The notes: generated by a model from the letters alone, not told the origin. A stretch of 64,000 nt of DNA from an uncultured Pseudomonadota bacterium (GCA_902763905.1 CACWUA010000009.1:808-64807), one strand, 5' to 3'. Shown: positions 43,980 through 55,216, numbered from the stretch's first letter. Numbers and translations are program-made.

Positions 43980-46900
43980 ATGTCATTAAAAGATGTTAAA
44001 CAAAAATTTTCAGAACTCCGAGATAATGTCATTTCCTCTTCATACTCAGAACAAAGAGAAACGGCAAAGAGTATGATTGATTTATTAAGAGAATACCCTA
44101 CACTTTGCTCTGATGCTCTGGATATGATAGAGGAAAAATCTTATTTAATTGATTACGATTGTGAAAAAGACCTGTTAAACAGCATTACAGAAATCAAACC
44201 AGAGTTAAGTATTAATATAATTCAACGATTTGATAAATTTTCCATTGACTATGAATACATAATATCTAAAATTGGGGACATTTTGCAAAAACAACCTGAT
44301 TTGGCGGAACAAGTTATTGAAAGCGTAACAAACTGGGAGGAGGACGAGCGCAATAAGGCTCTTACAACAGTCTTAAAAAATCGGCCGGATCTTTTTTCAA
44401 AAATCGAAGATGACGCACAAAATAAATCTTCTCTTATTCTTGAATTTATTAAATCAAAAAATGAACTTTCTGAAAAAGATATTAATTTAATCTTAGGGGA
44501 ATTTTCTTATAAAAATTTCTGCAAATTATATAATCAATACAAATACATAAATAGCTATATAACATCTAGTCAACAAGCAGGACTTAACTTTATAGAGAAA
44601 GTGGCAAAAGGTAATCCGAATAATAAAGAAATCTTAAAAAAATGCCTTCTGATGATGTATGATTTTGATGCCGATAAAACTAAGAAAGTTACCAATGAAA
44701 TTTTAGCTCTGCAACCGGAACTTAAGGATTTTTCAGACCGACTTAATATTCTTAAATTACGGATTCCTGACTTTCCCAAGCTGGAGAAAATTAAGAATAC
44801 TCATAAGCACCCGTTTGTTTATACAACAGGTAATTCTGATTTAACACAATTACAATATCGGATAAATGTAAGAGAAGACGCACAAAATACATTTGTATCT
44901 CCCATTAAAAAAATAAACGAACAGCAAGAATCGGTATTTGCTGAAATAAGTAAAATCGAAAAAGCCCTCGATGAAAATGCTGATTTAAACGAAATAATTA
45001 AACGCTTTAATTCTTTGGCAGAGCAAAACAAAGGAAAAAATTATATTGACGACGTCAATCAAAAACTTAAAGAACAAAGAGCTAAAATAGGCCTAAAAAT
45101 AAAACAAGCCCACCAATATTATGGAAAACAAATACAGCAAATATTAAATTCACCTGAAAAAATAAATGGGCTCTTAAAAGAAATAGATTTTTCAGACGAT
45201 ACATCAACTGTGCTTGCCTCTACAATTTGTACATTGGCAGAGCGTACTAAAAATCAAGATGTATTGAAGTTATTATCACATAAAAAAGAAGAAGCCTATG
45301 GAGTATGGGATTACAGAGATATTAGCGAACTTGAAGATTCTTTAGCTCAAAAAAATTATATTGCTGAAACCTTAAATAAAAAATACCCTAATCTATCTTT
45401 AGAAGAACAGCTCATTCAAGCCGCTTATGATGTTGTCAAATCAGGCGATGAGCAAAAGAAAAAAGAATTCAATGATTTAATCCTTGCGGAAGGTGAACCT
45501 CGACTCGCTGAATTAGACGCTAAAGTTATGGATTACTTACACAAAAATTGCACCCAAGATAACTTAGATAAAGTCAATGCCTTGCGTTCTTTTTACGGCT
45601 TAAAAGTTGAGTTGGCAACCGGTAAAGAGGTAAATGCCGATGAGCGCACCGCCGTCAGAAAAGTGTTTGACCGAACTTGGAGTTCTTATGAAAGAGGTAA
45701 AAATACCGAAACCGGAGAACCATATTACAGTGAAGCAGAATTGGAGCAAGCCCGAAAAGAAAATCCGGATAAAGTAGAATCTAATCCGTATTATGAAAAT
45801 TCTGTCAGTCCGGCATATAGAAAATATTTTGAAGAAAATGATATTTATCAAATATATCATAGCAATAAATCTAGCAATGAAAAAAAATATTCGGCACAAA
45901 ATTATTTTGATCAGATGATTGATAAATCGTCATTTAAAGCTTTGCGAAAACATGGCTTATATAATGATATGAAAATTATTTGCGATACACTGGAAGCATT
46001 ACAAATAGAGCCGGAAATTGCCACTCAGTTTAATTTGAAAGATTTGAGTGATATGGTGGTAAATTCTCATAATACGCTGGAAGACAGAAAGGTTTACAAC
46101 CAAGAGACTGGGGATTATATGTTTACCAAAAGTCCGCATACCGACGAACTTAACGGTAGTTGGCGCAGTCCTTATTATTGGTATGATGATGATAACGATG
46201 ATGACGATGAATATGACGACAAACGGGACTCTGATGAATATAGTGACGATGATAGCGAAGATGAGAAATCTTCTGTTAAAAAAGAATATGATGAAGAAGG
46301 TTTTGAAATTATACCTGTTACCGGTTATTATTCGGAATATGATGAAGAACCGGCAGCACGTGATACTTGGTGGGAAAATTTAGCTGATCATAACCCTAAG
46401 GCAGTAAAACACATCAGTGAAGCCATGAAACGTCATGGTAGGGAAGATGATGCTATTTCCGGATTTTGGAAAGCGGCAAGTTATGGTACTCCGGGAGTTG
46501 GTAGTCGTCGAGATTGGCGTTTACTTTCAGCAACTTTGCACCATGCAGAAGCAATTCAATATGGTGGAAACGATGACAAGAAAAATTTTGTAGGTACAAC
46601 AAGGTATTACGATTACTACGGTGATACTTTTGCCAAGGATGATCTTCATATTGATTATCATAAATCATTTCATCGACGTGATACACCATTTGACGCACTA
46701 TATATAAATCCGAATGCAAAATCCGCCGGAGATAAATTGGCAACGGAAAATAAACCTGATGAAAGTGCGCAAAAAGCTTTTCTGATTACCTCTTTTACCG
46801 ATCCGCATATGCATTTTTATGCCGGATTCCGTAAGAAAGACCAATACACAGCACCGCTTTACCACATGAGAAATATTGAAAAAGAAAAACAAGAAAGAGT

Positions 46901-47120
46901 GAGAAAAACCGAGCAACAACTAACTTTTTTAACCAATTTGGCCAATGCTGTTACCAGTATTGCAATTTGCACATCAGAAGCCTGCAGAACAGAGGAAAAA
47001 ATTAAAAAATCCACTCAAAAAATTGCTAAAACAATAAATATTTTATCCGATTCCGAGAAGAAATCTCCTTCCGGAAAGCCTCCGCGTTTCACAAAAGCGA
47101 AGAACAAGCAATATGCGTAG
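43980..47120 (+). CDS. Large hypothetical protein (about 1046 aa) with an extreme acidic tract
   Basis: Start placed at the ATG with a GGAG RBS. D/E-rich run YDDDNDDDDEYDDKRDSDEYSDDDSEDE near 46180-46350. No known domain recognised. Confidence 0.7.
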   Translation: MSLKDVKQKFSELRDNVISSSYSEQRETAKSMIDLLREYPTLCSDALDMIEEKSYLIDYDCEKDLLNSITEIKPELSINIIQRFDKFSIDYEYIISKIGDILQKQPDLAEQVIESVTNWEEDERNKALTTVLKNRPDLFSKIEDDAQNKSSLILEFIKSKNELSEKDINLILGEFSYKNFCKLYNQYKYINSYITSSQQAGLNFIEKVAKGNPNNKEILKKCLLMMYDFDADKTKKVTNEILALQPELKDFSDRLNILKLRIPDFPKLEKIKNTHKHPFVYTTGNSDLTQLQYRINVREDAQNTFVSPIKKINEQQESVFAEISKIEKALDENADLNEIIKRFNSLAEQNKGKNYIDDVNQKLKEQRAKIGLKIKQAHQYYGKQIQQILNSPEKINGLLKEIDFSDDTSTVLASTICTLAERTKNQDVLKLLSHKKEEAYGVWDYRDISELEDSLAQKNYIAETLNKKYPNLSLEEQLIQAAYDVVKSGDEQKKKEFNDLILAEGEPRLAELDAKVMDYLHKNCTQDNLDKVNALRSFYGLKVELATGKEVNADERTAVRKVFDRTWSSYERGKNTETGEPYYSEAELEQARKENPDKVESNPYYENSVSPAYRKYFEENDIYQIYHSNKSSNEKKYSAQNYFDQMIDKSSFKALRKHGLYNDMKIICDTLEALQIEPEIATQFNLKDLSDMVVNSHNTLEDRKVYNQETGDYMFTKSPHTDELNGSWRSPYYWYDDDNDDDDEYDDKRDSDEYSDDDSEDEKSSVKKEYDEEGFEIIPVTGYYSEYDEEPAARDTWWENLADHNPKAVKHISEAMKRHGREDDAISGFWKAASYGTPGVGSRRDWRLLSATLHHAEAIQYGGNDDKKNFVGTTRYYDYYGDTFAKDDLHIDYHKSFHRRDTPFDALYINPNAKSAGDKLATENKPDESAQKAFLITSFTDPHMHFYAGFRKKDQYTAPLYHMRNIEKEKQERVRKTEQQLTFLTNLANAVTSIAICTSEACRTEEKIKKSTQKIAKTINILSDSEKKSPSGKPPRFTKAKNKQYA

Positions 47121-47130
47121 AACAACACAT

Positions 47131-47655
47131 TCAGCTTTGCTTTTTCTCTAAATACTTTACATCATCCAAAATGATAAAATCGGCGTTGAGGGCGGAAAAG
47201 TCGCAATCATCTTCAATTTGCGCCGCGTTCTGAATCAAAAACAGCTCGGCATACCAATCAAGCAACTCTTTATTGGATTCAAAACCGTCTTTCCAAAACT
47301 TAAAAATCACAAAATCCGGCTCGCATTCGCTGACAATCATCGCCTCATGCCGCCGGTTACGCGTTACTGCGCCGAGCACTGCTTTCGGTGCTTTTTTCTG
47401 CACTTCTTTAATCAGTTTTTGCGGCTTTTCCGCTTTTACGGTATTTAAAATCAGCCCGTCTGGATTATATTGAAAATAAAAATCGAGTGCTTTTTCGCCT
47501 TCAGCCAAAACCAACTTATCGACCTCGTGTGCCCTTTTGATAAACTCGAGAGCAAACTCCGGCGAAGCCGTATCCGGCAAAATAAAACAACCGATTTCGG
47601 CGCAATTTAACAACTTAAAATTTTCTTGCGTAATTCTGATGATAAAGTTTTGCAT
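47131..47655 (-). CDS. Hypothetical protein; weak resemblance to ThiE/TenI-like proteins
   Basis: 174 aa. PDGLILN and LGAVTRNRRHEAMIVSECEPDFVIF loosely parallel GADGVHL and lGaS.h...Ea..A...gaDYi.f. Confidence 0.35.
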   Translation of the reverse strand: MQNFIIRITQENFKLLNCAEIGCFILPDTASPEFALEFIKRAHEVDKLVLAEGEKALDFYFQYNPDGLILNTVKAEKPQKLIKEVQKKAPKAVLGAVTRNRRHEAMIVSECEPDFVIFKFWKDGFESNKELLDWYAELFLIQNAAQIEDDCDFSALNADFIILDDVKYLEKKQS

Positions 47656-47734
47656 TTTTATAATCTTTGTGCTAAAAGTGTTAGTGACTAGATTAGATAT
47701 ACAACAATTTTAGATAAAAGGAAGTGTTTTTATT

Positions 47735-48394
47735 ATGGGTATGGAAAATATGGAACAAAGCCGCAATTCTCTTATTCGTTTGAACAATGCAATTGATGAG
47801 CTGTATAACGTTATCGGGCAACAGAAACAACGTTTTGCTCAAGCCTTGGATGAACAGAAAAAACACAAAGATGCCGCTGAAGCAAAAGTGGCGGTTTTGG
47901 AGTCACAGTTACAGGCTTTGAGTGATGAAAAAGATAAATTGCAAGTGGAATTGATTGCCGCTCAAAACAATACCGAAGCAGAAAATAAAATCAAAGAATT
48001 GCAAGCTGAAGCCGAGTCCCGTAATAACAAAATGAGCGGTTTGCAAACCGAAATTCAGAATTTGAATACTGCGTTGAGCAATCGTAAAGCGCAAATAGAG
48101 GAATTTGTCGCAAAAAACGATGATTTAAAACAGCAGCTCAGTACAGCGCAGAATCGTATTGCTGAGCTCGAAAGTGCCGCAGCTGCAGCCAACAATGCCG
48201 ATACACAAATTCAGGCTCGTTTGGATGAGGCTTTGCGGCAAAAAGATGAATTGGCACAGAATTATCAGCAAGCAGAACAAAAGCTTGCCGAAATGCAACA
48301 AACAATAACTCAAACAACCGAAAACATCGATGATGTTGTCGCCAGACTGGAAAAGGTGTTAGAAGAAAATGGGGCAAGTAACAATAACAATTGA
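47735..48394 (+). CDS. Coiled-coil protein (DUF4164-like) upstream of zapA
   Basis: 219 aa. Q/E/A-rich heptad-like sequence. Overlaps the zapA start. Confidence 0.6.
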   Translation: MGMENMEQSRNSLIRLNNAIDELYNVIGQQKQRFAQALDEQKKHKDAAEAKVAVLESQLQALSDEKDKLQVELIAAQNNTEAENKIKELQAEAESRNNKMSGLQTEIQNLNTALSNRKAQIEEFVAKNDDLKQQLSTAQNRIAELESAAAAANNADTQIQARLDEALRQKDELAQNYQQAEQKLAEMQQTITQTTENIDDVVARLEKVLEENGASNNNN

Positions 48395-48686
48395 TAAGCG
48401 TGAGTATGTGATTGCTTGCGGAGATGGGCAAGAGGCGCATATTATGAAGCTATCGCGCATTTTGGATGAGAAAGCTAAGCAGCTTTCTGCCAATTCGGCA
48501 ACAATTAATGAAAATATGAAACTGGCAATGGTTGGTTTGCTTTTGGCCGATGAACTCTCAGATATTACCAACGGCAGAGCAGTTGAATTTGATGCACCGG
48601 ATAAATTACAAAAGGCTGATGCAGAAACATCCAAAGTTATTGATGCGCAAACCGCAAAAATTATTCAGATAATGCAAAGTATCTGA
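48369..48686 (+). CDS. zapA: Cell division protein ZapA
   Basis: VTITIDKREYVIACGDGQEAHIMKLSRILDEKAKQL typical ZapA N-terminus. 105 aa. Confidence 0.85.
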   Translation: MGQVTITIDKREYVIACGDGQEAHIMKLSRILDEKAKQLSANSATINENMKLAMVGLLLADELSDITNGRAVEFDAPDKLQKADAETSKVIDAQTAKIIQIMQSI

Positions 48687-48765
48687 TTTGCACTATTTTG
48701 GCGACTTTTGTCCGTTTTTTTTGCTTGTAAAACGAAAAGCTTTGTGTTATGTTTAAAACATAGAT

Positions 48766-48928
48766 GGGAAGACTGTCTGACACGTATTAACCGCATGTCT
48801 CTCGAGCCAACATTATCAATTCGGGAGCTGTCACTGTCCGGATCGTGGTCCGGTTATATGGCGCCCACCTAGTCATAAGCGGTTCGGTCTGAATGTAAGA
48901 GGATACGGTCAGATGGTTTTCTCTTTTT
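48766..48928 (+). ncRNA. ssrS: Candidate 6S RNA
   Basis: Lies immediately downstream of zapA, the conserved position. The 5' GGGAAGACTGTCTGAC pairs with the 3' GTCAGATGGTTTTCTC to close a roughly 160-nt structure. Followed by a T run. Confidence 0.6.
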
Positions 48929-48934
48929 AAATAT

Positions 48935-50023
48935 CTATTGTATGCGATCGAAATTTATGCGCGGATCGACCAGAGAGTAGGTTAAATCACTTATAAGTTT
49001 CAGCACCAATCCGAGCAACCCGAAAATGTAGAGAGTTCCGAACACCACCGGATAATCGCGAGTGGTAATGGCCTCATAGCCCAAAAGTCCCAAGCCGTTA
49101 AGCGAAAAAATTACCTCAATCAGCAGTGAACCGGTAAACAGCATTTTGATTAAAAGGGATGGGAATCCGGCAATAATAATCAGCATAGCATTGCGAAAAA
49201 CGTGCCCGTATAAAATTTTATTTTCCGGCACTCCTTTGGCCCGAGCCGTCAAAACATATTGCTTATTTATCTCATCCAAAAATGAGTTTTTGGTCAGCAT
49301 GGTCAAACCGGCAAAACCGCCAATGACGATTGTCAGCACCGGCAAAGTGATGTGCCGAAAATAATCCAAAATTTTTGCTCCTAATGTCAGCGTATCCCAA
49401 TTGTCAGAAACCAATCCTCGTAGCGGGAACCACTGCCAATATACACCGCCGGCAAAAAATACGATGAAGAAAACAGCCAGCAAAAACACCGGCATCGCCG
49501 AGCCCACCACAATCATAAACGAAGTAATTGTATCGAATTTCGAGCCGTCTTTTTGGGCCTTGCGGATGCCTAAAGGAATGGCAATCAGATAAATAATCAG
49601 AGTTGACCATAAACCGAGTGAAATCGAAACAGGCAACCGCTCTTTAATCAGTTCGGTAATACTTTTGTCGCGGTAATAACTTTTGCCGAAATCAAAACAA
49701 AGATAATCTTTCAGCATTTTACCGTAGCGATAGTACCATGGTTTATCGAATCCGAATTGTTGTTCCAGTGCTTTGATTAAATCTTCAGGTACTCCTTGTG
49801 CACCCACGTATTTTGAGGAAGATGATTCGGAGCTGGTGCTGTTTGTTACTTCGGCCGTGCCGGTAATTTGCGATTTGGCATCGGTATTCATGCCGCGGTA
49901 TTGTGCCAAAACATAATCAACCGGTCCGCCCGGCGCAAGTTGAATAATGGCAAAATTGACCGTAATAATCCCCCACAAGGTAAACGGAATAAGCAACAAA
50001 CGTTTTAATATATACCGCTGCAT
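48935..50023 (-). CDS. yejB: ABC transporter permease, YejB/peptide-opine-nickel family
   Basis: [36 protein letters not shown] typical N-terminus. Six hydrophobic segments. Confidence 0.85.
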   Translation of the reverse strand: MQRYILKRLLLIPFTLWGIITVNFAIIQLAPGGPVDYVLAQYRGMNTDAKSQITGTAEVTNSTSSESSSSKYVGAQGVPEDLIKALEQQFGFDKPWYYRYGKMLKDYLCFDFGKSYYRDKSITELIKERLPVSISLGLWSTLIIYLIAIPLGIRKAQKDGSKFDTITSFMIVVGSAMPVFLLAVFFIVFFAGGVYWQWFPLRGLVSDNWDTLTLGAKILDYFRHITLPVLTIVIGGFAGLTMLTKNSFLDEINKQYVLTARAKGVPENKILYGHVFRNAMLIIIAGFPSLLIKMLFTGSLLIEVIFSLNGLGLLGYEAITTRDYPVVFGTLYIFGLLGLVLKLISDLTYSLVDPRINFDRIQ

Positions 50024-50024
50024 A

Positions 50025-51818
50025 TTATTTCTCCTTTATCCACCAGGTGAACGGCTGAAAACCAACTTTTATATCAGTTTGCGGCTGCCCGAATTTATCA
50101 CGATAGGCTACCCGAGAATAAGGCGAGTACCACTGAAAAATCATGTAGTTCTCATGTAGAAGCACTCGGTCAAGAGCTTTTACGTGGGCAATATAGTCCT
50201 CTTTTTCTTGTGCTGATACTAGGCCTTCAATCAGAGCATCAACCACTTCGTTTTTGATACCGATAATATTGTTGCTACCTTTAATGTCTGCGGATTTTGA
50301 ACCCCAATAATCACGTTGTTCGTTACCGGGCATTTGAGATACGCGGTATGAAACGATTGCCATGTCAAAATCGAAATTATCAAGCCGGTTTTTAAAAATA
50401 TTTACTTCTAAGTTGCGAAATACCGCTTTAATGCCGATTTTGCGCAGATTTTCGATAAATGGCAGCATTACCTTGGTAAAAGTCGCACCGTTGGCAGAGT
50501 TGCTCAAAATCTCAAGCTCCAACGGTTCTCCGGTCTGCAATTTGGTCATTTTGCCGTCAACAAAGTCGTATCCGGCTTCTTTTAAGAGAGCAACAGCTGC
50601 TTTAAGATTTTCGCGCGAATCATAGATGTCGGGATTGGTGGTGAGCTTGTAAGGCTCGGTAAACACTTCCTTCGGCAATTTATCGCGATATTGCTCCAAA
50701 ATTTTCAATTCGCGTCCATCAGGCAATCCGGTTGCTTCCATTCCGGTATTGGTAAAATAGCTGAATAAACGACGATATTGATTATAAAACAGTTTTTCGT
50801 TTGCCCATTCAAAGTTGAAGGCAAGATCAATAGCTTTACGGACACGGCGATCTTGGAATTTGTCGCGTCTGACATTATAGGCAAAGTTTTGCAAAATGGC
50901 CGGATTGTTGTGTTCTATATTTTCTTTTTTGATTGCTCCCGATTTGATTAAGTCATTATCATATCCGGTCATCCAAATTTTGGCGATATACTCCTCTCTG
51001 GCATCAATATTTCCCGAAAACAGAGCTTGCAAAGTAACGGTGGTATCTTGATAATAGTCATAACGAATGGTGTCAAAATTGTTGAAACCGCGCTGAGTAG
51101 GCAAATCTTTACCCCAATAATCCGGATTTTTTTGTAATTCCACATATTTATTTACCTGAAAATCTTTAACCACGTATGGACCGCTGCCGAGTGGAATCTG
51201 TAAAGTAGGTTTATCAAATTCACGTCCTTCCCAATCTTTTTTCGAAAAGATTGCGAATTGAGCTAAAATCATCGGTAATTCTTTATTGTTTGAATCTTTC
51301 TTAAAATAAAAACGCACTTCATGTTTGTTGATTTTTTCAACCCTATCGACATCAGCGTAATATACTCTGTAAATCGGCGATCCTTTTTCCATAATAGAGT
51401 TAAAACTGAAAACCACGTCATCGGCGGTTACTGATGAACCATCGGAGAATTTTGCCGCTTTGTTTAAGATGAAACCGATATAAGACTTGTCTGCCGGCAT
51501 ATCAAATTTTTCGGCCAAAAGCGGATATACCGTGAACGGGTCATCAGTCGGAGAAATTCCCAGCGTCTCAAAACTGAGGCCCGCCACAAAAGTTGCGGCT
51601 ACACCTTTGAAAATGTAAGGATTAAAGTTATCAAATGTGCCGTATGCCGGTAAAACGATTTTACCGCCTTGCGGCGCGTCGGGGTTGACGTAAGAGAACG
51701 CTTTGAAATTACTGCCGTACTTTGCTTCTTCATATAAAGCTATACGATCAGATATTTTAGCTTCGGCGCATGCAACACCGCATAGCCAAATAAGACTAGC
51801 TGCTATAATTGTTTTCAT
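50025..51818 (-). CDS. yejA: ABC transporter substrate-binding protein, family 5 (YejA-like)
   Basis: Start moved to [20 protein letters not shown] (signal peptide). Family-5 SBP sequence throughout. Confidence 0.85.
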   Translation of the reverse strand: MKTIIAASLIWLCGVACAEAKISDRIALYEEAKYGSNFKAFSYVNPDAPQGGKIVLPAYGTFDNFNPYIFKGVAATFVAGLSFETLGISPTDDPFTVYPLLAEKFDMPADKSYIGFILNKAAKFSDGSSVTADDVVFSFNSIMEKGSPIYRVYYADVDRVEKINKHEVRFYFKKDSNNKELPMILAQFAIFSKKDWEGREFDKPTLQIPLGSGPYVVKDFQVNKYVELQKNPDYWGKDLPTQRGFNNFDTIRYDYYQDTTVTLQALFSGNIDAREEYIAKIWMTGYDNDLIKSGAIKKENIEHNNPAILQNFAYNVRRDKFQDRRVRKAIDLAFNFEWANEKLFYNQYRRLFSYFTNTGMEATGLPDGRELKILEQYRDKLPKEVFTEPYKLTTNPDIYDSRENLKAAVALLKEAGYDFVDGKMTKLQTGEPLELEILSNSANGATFTKVMLPFIENLRKIGIKAVFRNLEVNIFKNRLDNFDFDMAIVSYRVSQMPGNEQRDYWGSKSADIKGSNNIIGIKNEVVDALIEGLVSAQEKEDYIAHVKALDRVLLHENYMIFQWYSPYSRVAYRDKFGQPQTDIKVGFQPFTWWIKEK

Positions 51819-53157
51819 CTGTCCACCCGCCGAAAGGGTATACCAAATCTTCGTCTTTTTCTTCTTGATGCTGTGGCTGCGATACTGGAACAGATTGCTC
51901 CGGACGAGCATTTGCGTCAGCCACAACTGTCTGTTCGGAAGTACTCGTATATAGTGCAGATGTTGTCGATTTGATTTCGTTTTGCGAACGCAATGTATTT
52001 AGTGTGTTTTGCAAATTTCCGAAAGATGCGGCTGTTGTTTCCATACGAGGTTCTGCGGAAACAATCGGTTCGTTAGAGGTATCAAAAACCGGTTCCGAAG
52101 GCAAAGAAGGCTCGTGAGCCGTGAACGGCGAATCCATGGAAGTACCGTTAAATCCTTTATGTAAAGCCTGAAAGAACGGATCCTGTTCTGCTTCATCATT
52201 ATTATTATAATCAGATTCTGTTTGCCGCGAACGGAAAGGATTGAGGCGGGTGAAAAATGATGGACGCTTGTTTTTAGGTTCATATTCATCATCGGTGCGC
52301 TGATCTTCTATTTCATCATCGTTGCGGTCGACATTGACTATGGTTTCATTAGCTTTAGGTTCCTCCATATTGGCAAGTTTAAGAACTGAAGCGTAATCGT
52401 TATTTTTGTGTTCGGTTGGTGTCGAATGCAGCGGACGCTCCGCTATATTGGCGGATAAACTTTTTATTCCGTCGCTGAGAGGGGCAATAATGGAATATAC
52501 TTTGCCGTAAACGCCGCTTTCAATCATACTTAGGAATATACGGTCATGATCGTGTTTTTCAAGCATCTGCAGCAAATTTTGGTAGCGGGCGCAAAATTCG
52601 AGCAAAGATCCGCGGAATACCTTATCGCGATTGGCTTTTTCGCGTACCCAAGCATCAAAAGTACTTTGATTTTTGCTGGCATCCAAAATAGCTTTGCCGA
52701 GAGACCATTTTTCACCGCGTTTTACACGCTGCCACAATAAGTCAAGTTGCGCCGAAGAAGCAATATTGCAGCGTTGAATGATTTCGCTCAAAGTTTCATT
52801 CATGTCCTGAATGAAAATATCAAACTTATTTAAAACGAATCCATCTTTTATTTCGTGTTCAGCATCAAGCATAACTCGAACAACCAGATCGGTATAATCC
52901 TGATTTTTTTGTAATTGTGTAAGTAATTCCGAATGTTTGCGCAGAGTATCACGGTTGGATAAATATTGATTGAGATAACCAAACATCATCCAAATTACCA
53001 ATATAGGCAATACCGTAATGGTCAGCAAAATAAGGATGGTTTGCGGCTCTTGCTCAAACAAGCGTGCATCGGCCAACTGAGTATGGGTAAACATAATCGA
53101 ATAAATCAGCCAGATTGCCGAAGAAAACACAGCGGAAACAAACATAAAAAACAGCAT
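51796..53157 (-). CDS. Hypothetical membrane protein with a low-complexity C-terminal half
   Basis: 453 aa. Two N-terminal TM helices. No motif recognised. Confidence 0.6.
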   Translation of the reverse strand: MLFFMFVSAVFSSAIWLIYSIMFTHTQLADARLFEQEPQTILILLTITVLPILVIWMMFGYLNQYLSNRDTLRKHSELLTQLQKNQDYTDLVVRVMLDAEHEIKDGFVLNKFDIFIQDMNETLSEIIQRCNIASSAQLDLLWQRVKRGEKWSLGKAILDASKNQSTFDAWVREKANRDKVFRGSLLEFCARYQNLLQMLEKHDHDRIFLSMIESGVYGKVYSIIAPLSDGIKSLSANIAERPLHSTPTEHKNNDYASVLKLANMEEPKANETIVNVDRNDDEIEDQRTDDEYEPKNKRPSFFTRLNPFRSRQTESDYNNNDEAEQDPFFQALHKGFNGTSMDSPFTAHEPSLPSEPVFDTSNEPIVSAEPRMETTAASFGNLQNTLNTLRSQNEIKSTTSALYTSTSEQTVVADANARPEQSVPVSQPQHQEEKDEDLVYPFGGWTDENNYSS

Positions 53158-53321
53158 CTCGATACCTTTGTTATTAAAAATATTTCTAAATTATGCTTAT
53201 TATATCTGTAATTCCCAAATTTTTTATTAAAAAAAGAGGAATGATTAACAGATTAAAAATTAAAGCTAAACATTTGCAAAAAATGTGTTAAACTATCGCC
53301 GTAATTTTGATGAGGTAAAAA

Positions 53322-54308
53322 ATGAGCGATACGGAAAATTTTGTTCTTGATTTTGAAAAAACCATCGTGGAAATAGAGGAAAAAATCAACCATTTGCAAT
53401 CTATGGCGCGTACTGAGGATTTGGATATCAGCCGCGAAATCAAAAAATTGCAGAAACATTTGCAAACTCATACGGAGCATGTTTATCGCCATTTGACACC
53501 ATGGCAAAAAGCGCAAATTGCACGGCATCCGCAGCGTCCGCATTGTATTGATTATATCAAGGTACTGATTACTGATTTTACCCCGTTGGCCGGAGACAGA
53601 CGCTTTGGAGATGATGCGGCAATGGTATGCGGTTTGGGTACGTTTGAAAATATACCGGTTGTTGTAATCGGACAGGAAAAGGGCAATGATTTGGATTCCC
53701 GCATAAAGTATAATTTCGGAATGGCTAAACCTGAAGGCTATCGCAAGGCTCAGCGCCTTATGGATATGGCAGAAAAATTTAAATTGCCGGTTTTGAGTTT
53801 TGTTGATACGGCCGGTGCGTATCCGGGAGTTGATGCCGAAGCCAGAGGGCAAGCAGAAGCTATTGCCTCATCTATAGAAAAATGTCTGCAAATTAAAACC
53901 CCGATTATCGCTACGGTTATAGGTGAGGGCGGTTCCGGTGGCGCAATTGCCATCGCAGTGGCCGATAAAGTGTTGATGTTGGAACATTCCATTTATTCGG
54001 TAATTTCACCTGAGGGGTGTGCTTCTATTTTGTGGCGTTCTGCGGATAAAACCAAGGAAGCAACCGAAGCATTGCATCTGACTGCACAAGATTTGAAAAA
54101 TTTGGGAATTATTGATGAAATTGTACCGGAGCCTGTTGGCGGGGCTCACCGCAACCCACAGGAAACAATTGAAAATCTACGTACGGCTCTCAAGCGAAAT
54201 CTGCAGGATTTGTCGGCAATAGGCTATGATAAACTCAAAAAGCAGCGTACCGAAAAATTTATGAAAATAGGTTCGCAATTTGTGGAAGTAAAAAAGGCTA
54301 AAGGGTGA
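53322..54308 (+). CDS. accA: Acetyl-CoA carboxylase carboxyltransferase alpha subunit
   Basis: ..LTPWQKAQIARHPQRPHCIDYI..FTPLAGDRRFGDDAAMVCGLG..GAYPG..AEARGQAEAIA.. Confidence 0.95.
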   Translation: MSDTENFVLDFEKTIVEIEEKINHLQSMARTEDLDISREIKKLQKHLQTHTEHVYRHLTPWQKAQIARHPQRPHCIDYIKVLITDFTPLAGDRRFGDDAAMVCGLGTFENIPVVVIGQEKGNDLDSRIKYNFGMAKPEGYRKAQRLMDMAEKFKLPVLSFVDTAGAYPGVDAEARGQAEAIASSIEKCLQIKTPIIATVIGEGGSGGAIAIAVADKVLMLEHSIYSVISPEGCASILWRSADKTKEATEALHLTAQDLKNLGIIDEIVPEPVGGAHRNPQETIENLRTALKRNLQDLSAIGYDKLKKQRTEKFMKIGSQFVEVKKAKG

Positions 54309-54344
54309 GCTGCAAATATACTGTTTTTATAATATGTCGAAACA

Positions 54345-54373
54345 AAACACGGCAGAGGTAGCTGTGTTTTTTT
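54345..54373 (+). terminator. Terminator-like hairpin after accA
   Basis: AAACACGGC-agaggta-GCTGTGTTT plus a T run. Confidence 0.5.
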
Positions 54374-54490
54374 CTATTTTACAGATAGTTAGAAGATGTT
54401 TGCCGTTATTTTTTAATATGTATGTTGACAAATTGAGAAAATCAATTATAATTGCGCTGTAATATTTTATTATTAATTAATTTTTTGCTT

Positions 54491-55174
54491 ATGGATAACA
54501 TATTAAGAATCTACGAAAGTATGCAGAAATTCGGTGTAAAAGACACTGAGTTGGAGGACTTCTCTGAAGGGTATCAATTTTATTTGGAGCGCCGCAGGAT
54601 GGAATGGATTCCGCTTGAGCATCCGTGCCGACTGGTATATCGGACTAAATCGGCGATATCTATGGTTATTATGCCTTTTTTGATTCCCATGTTTGCCAAT
54701 AAAATCTGGGGTATTGAGGTGTGCGGCGTGATATTCAGCTGCTCTCACAAAGAGGCTAAGTCTAGGAATGACGGCGATGTTTCCGCTTACCTTGATGTAT
54801 TGAGTCAAAAGGAGTTCGGCGAAGATTGGGTTAAACGTCGTTTCGAGTTGCCGATATATAACAATTTTTTGTTGTTTAAACGGTATGAAGCGGCAGTTGA
54901 GGACACCGCAACATTGTTGGCATATCATAACGTGCATTTCAAGGATTTCGGCAACAGTCGCTACTGGATTAGTGATAAAAACTGCGAGTTTCCGTTGCTG
55001 ACTAAGTTTGACGGCGAAAGATTTTTACCGCCGTTTAAGGACAAACACGGTAAGCTGCGCTTTGTGTTGCACGCAAATCCAAACTTGGACTGCTTTTGCG
55101 CAATCAACAATAAGTTTGCAACGCCTAAGACTGAGGCCTTGGAAAATTGTCTGCGTATGCTTTGTGAAAAGTAA
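54491..55174 (+). CDS. Hypothetical protein
   Basis: Start placed at the first ATG (MDNILRIYES). 227 aa. No motif recognised. Confidence 0.5.
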   Translation: MDNILRIYESMQKFGVKDTELEDFSEGYQFYLERRRMEWIPLEHPCRLVYRTKSAISMVIMPFLIPMFANKIWGIEVCGVIFSCSHKEAKSRNDGDVSAYLDVLSQKEFGEDWVKRRFELPIYNNFLLFKRYEAAVEDTATLLAYHNVHFKDFGNSRYWISDKNCEFPLLTKFDGERFLPPFKDKHGKLRFVLHANPNLDCFCAINNKFATPKTEALENCLRMLCEK

Positions 55175-55176
55175 AA

Positions 55177-55216
55177 AAATACCGCTGAGATTAGTAGTCT
55201 CGGCGGTATTTTTTTG
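55177..55216 (+). terminator. Rho-independent terminator
   Basis: AAATACCGCTGAGA-ttagtag-TCTCGGCGGTATTT plus a T run. Confidence 0.65.

Noticed and set aside
53253-53852. 199-aa minus-strand ORF
   Set aside because: It lies entirely antisense to the strongly supported accA gene and has no motif or RBS.
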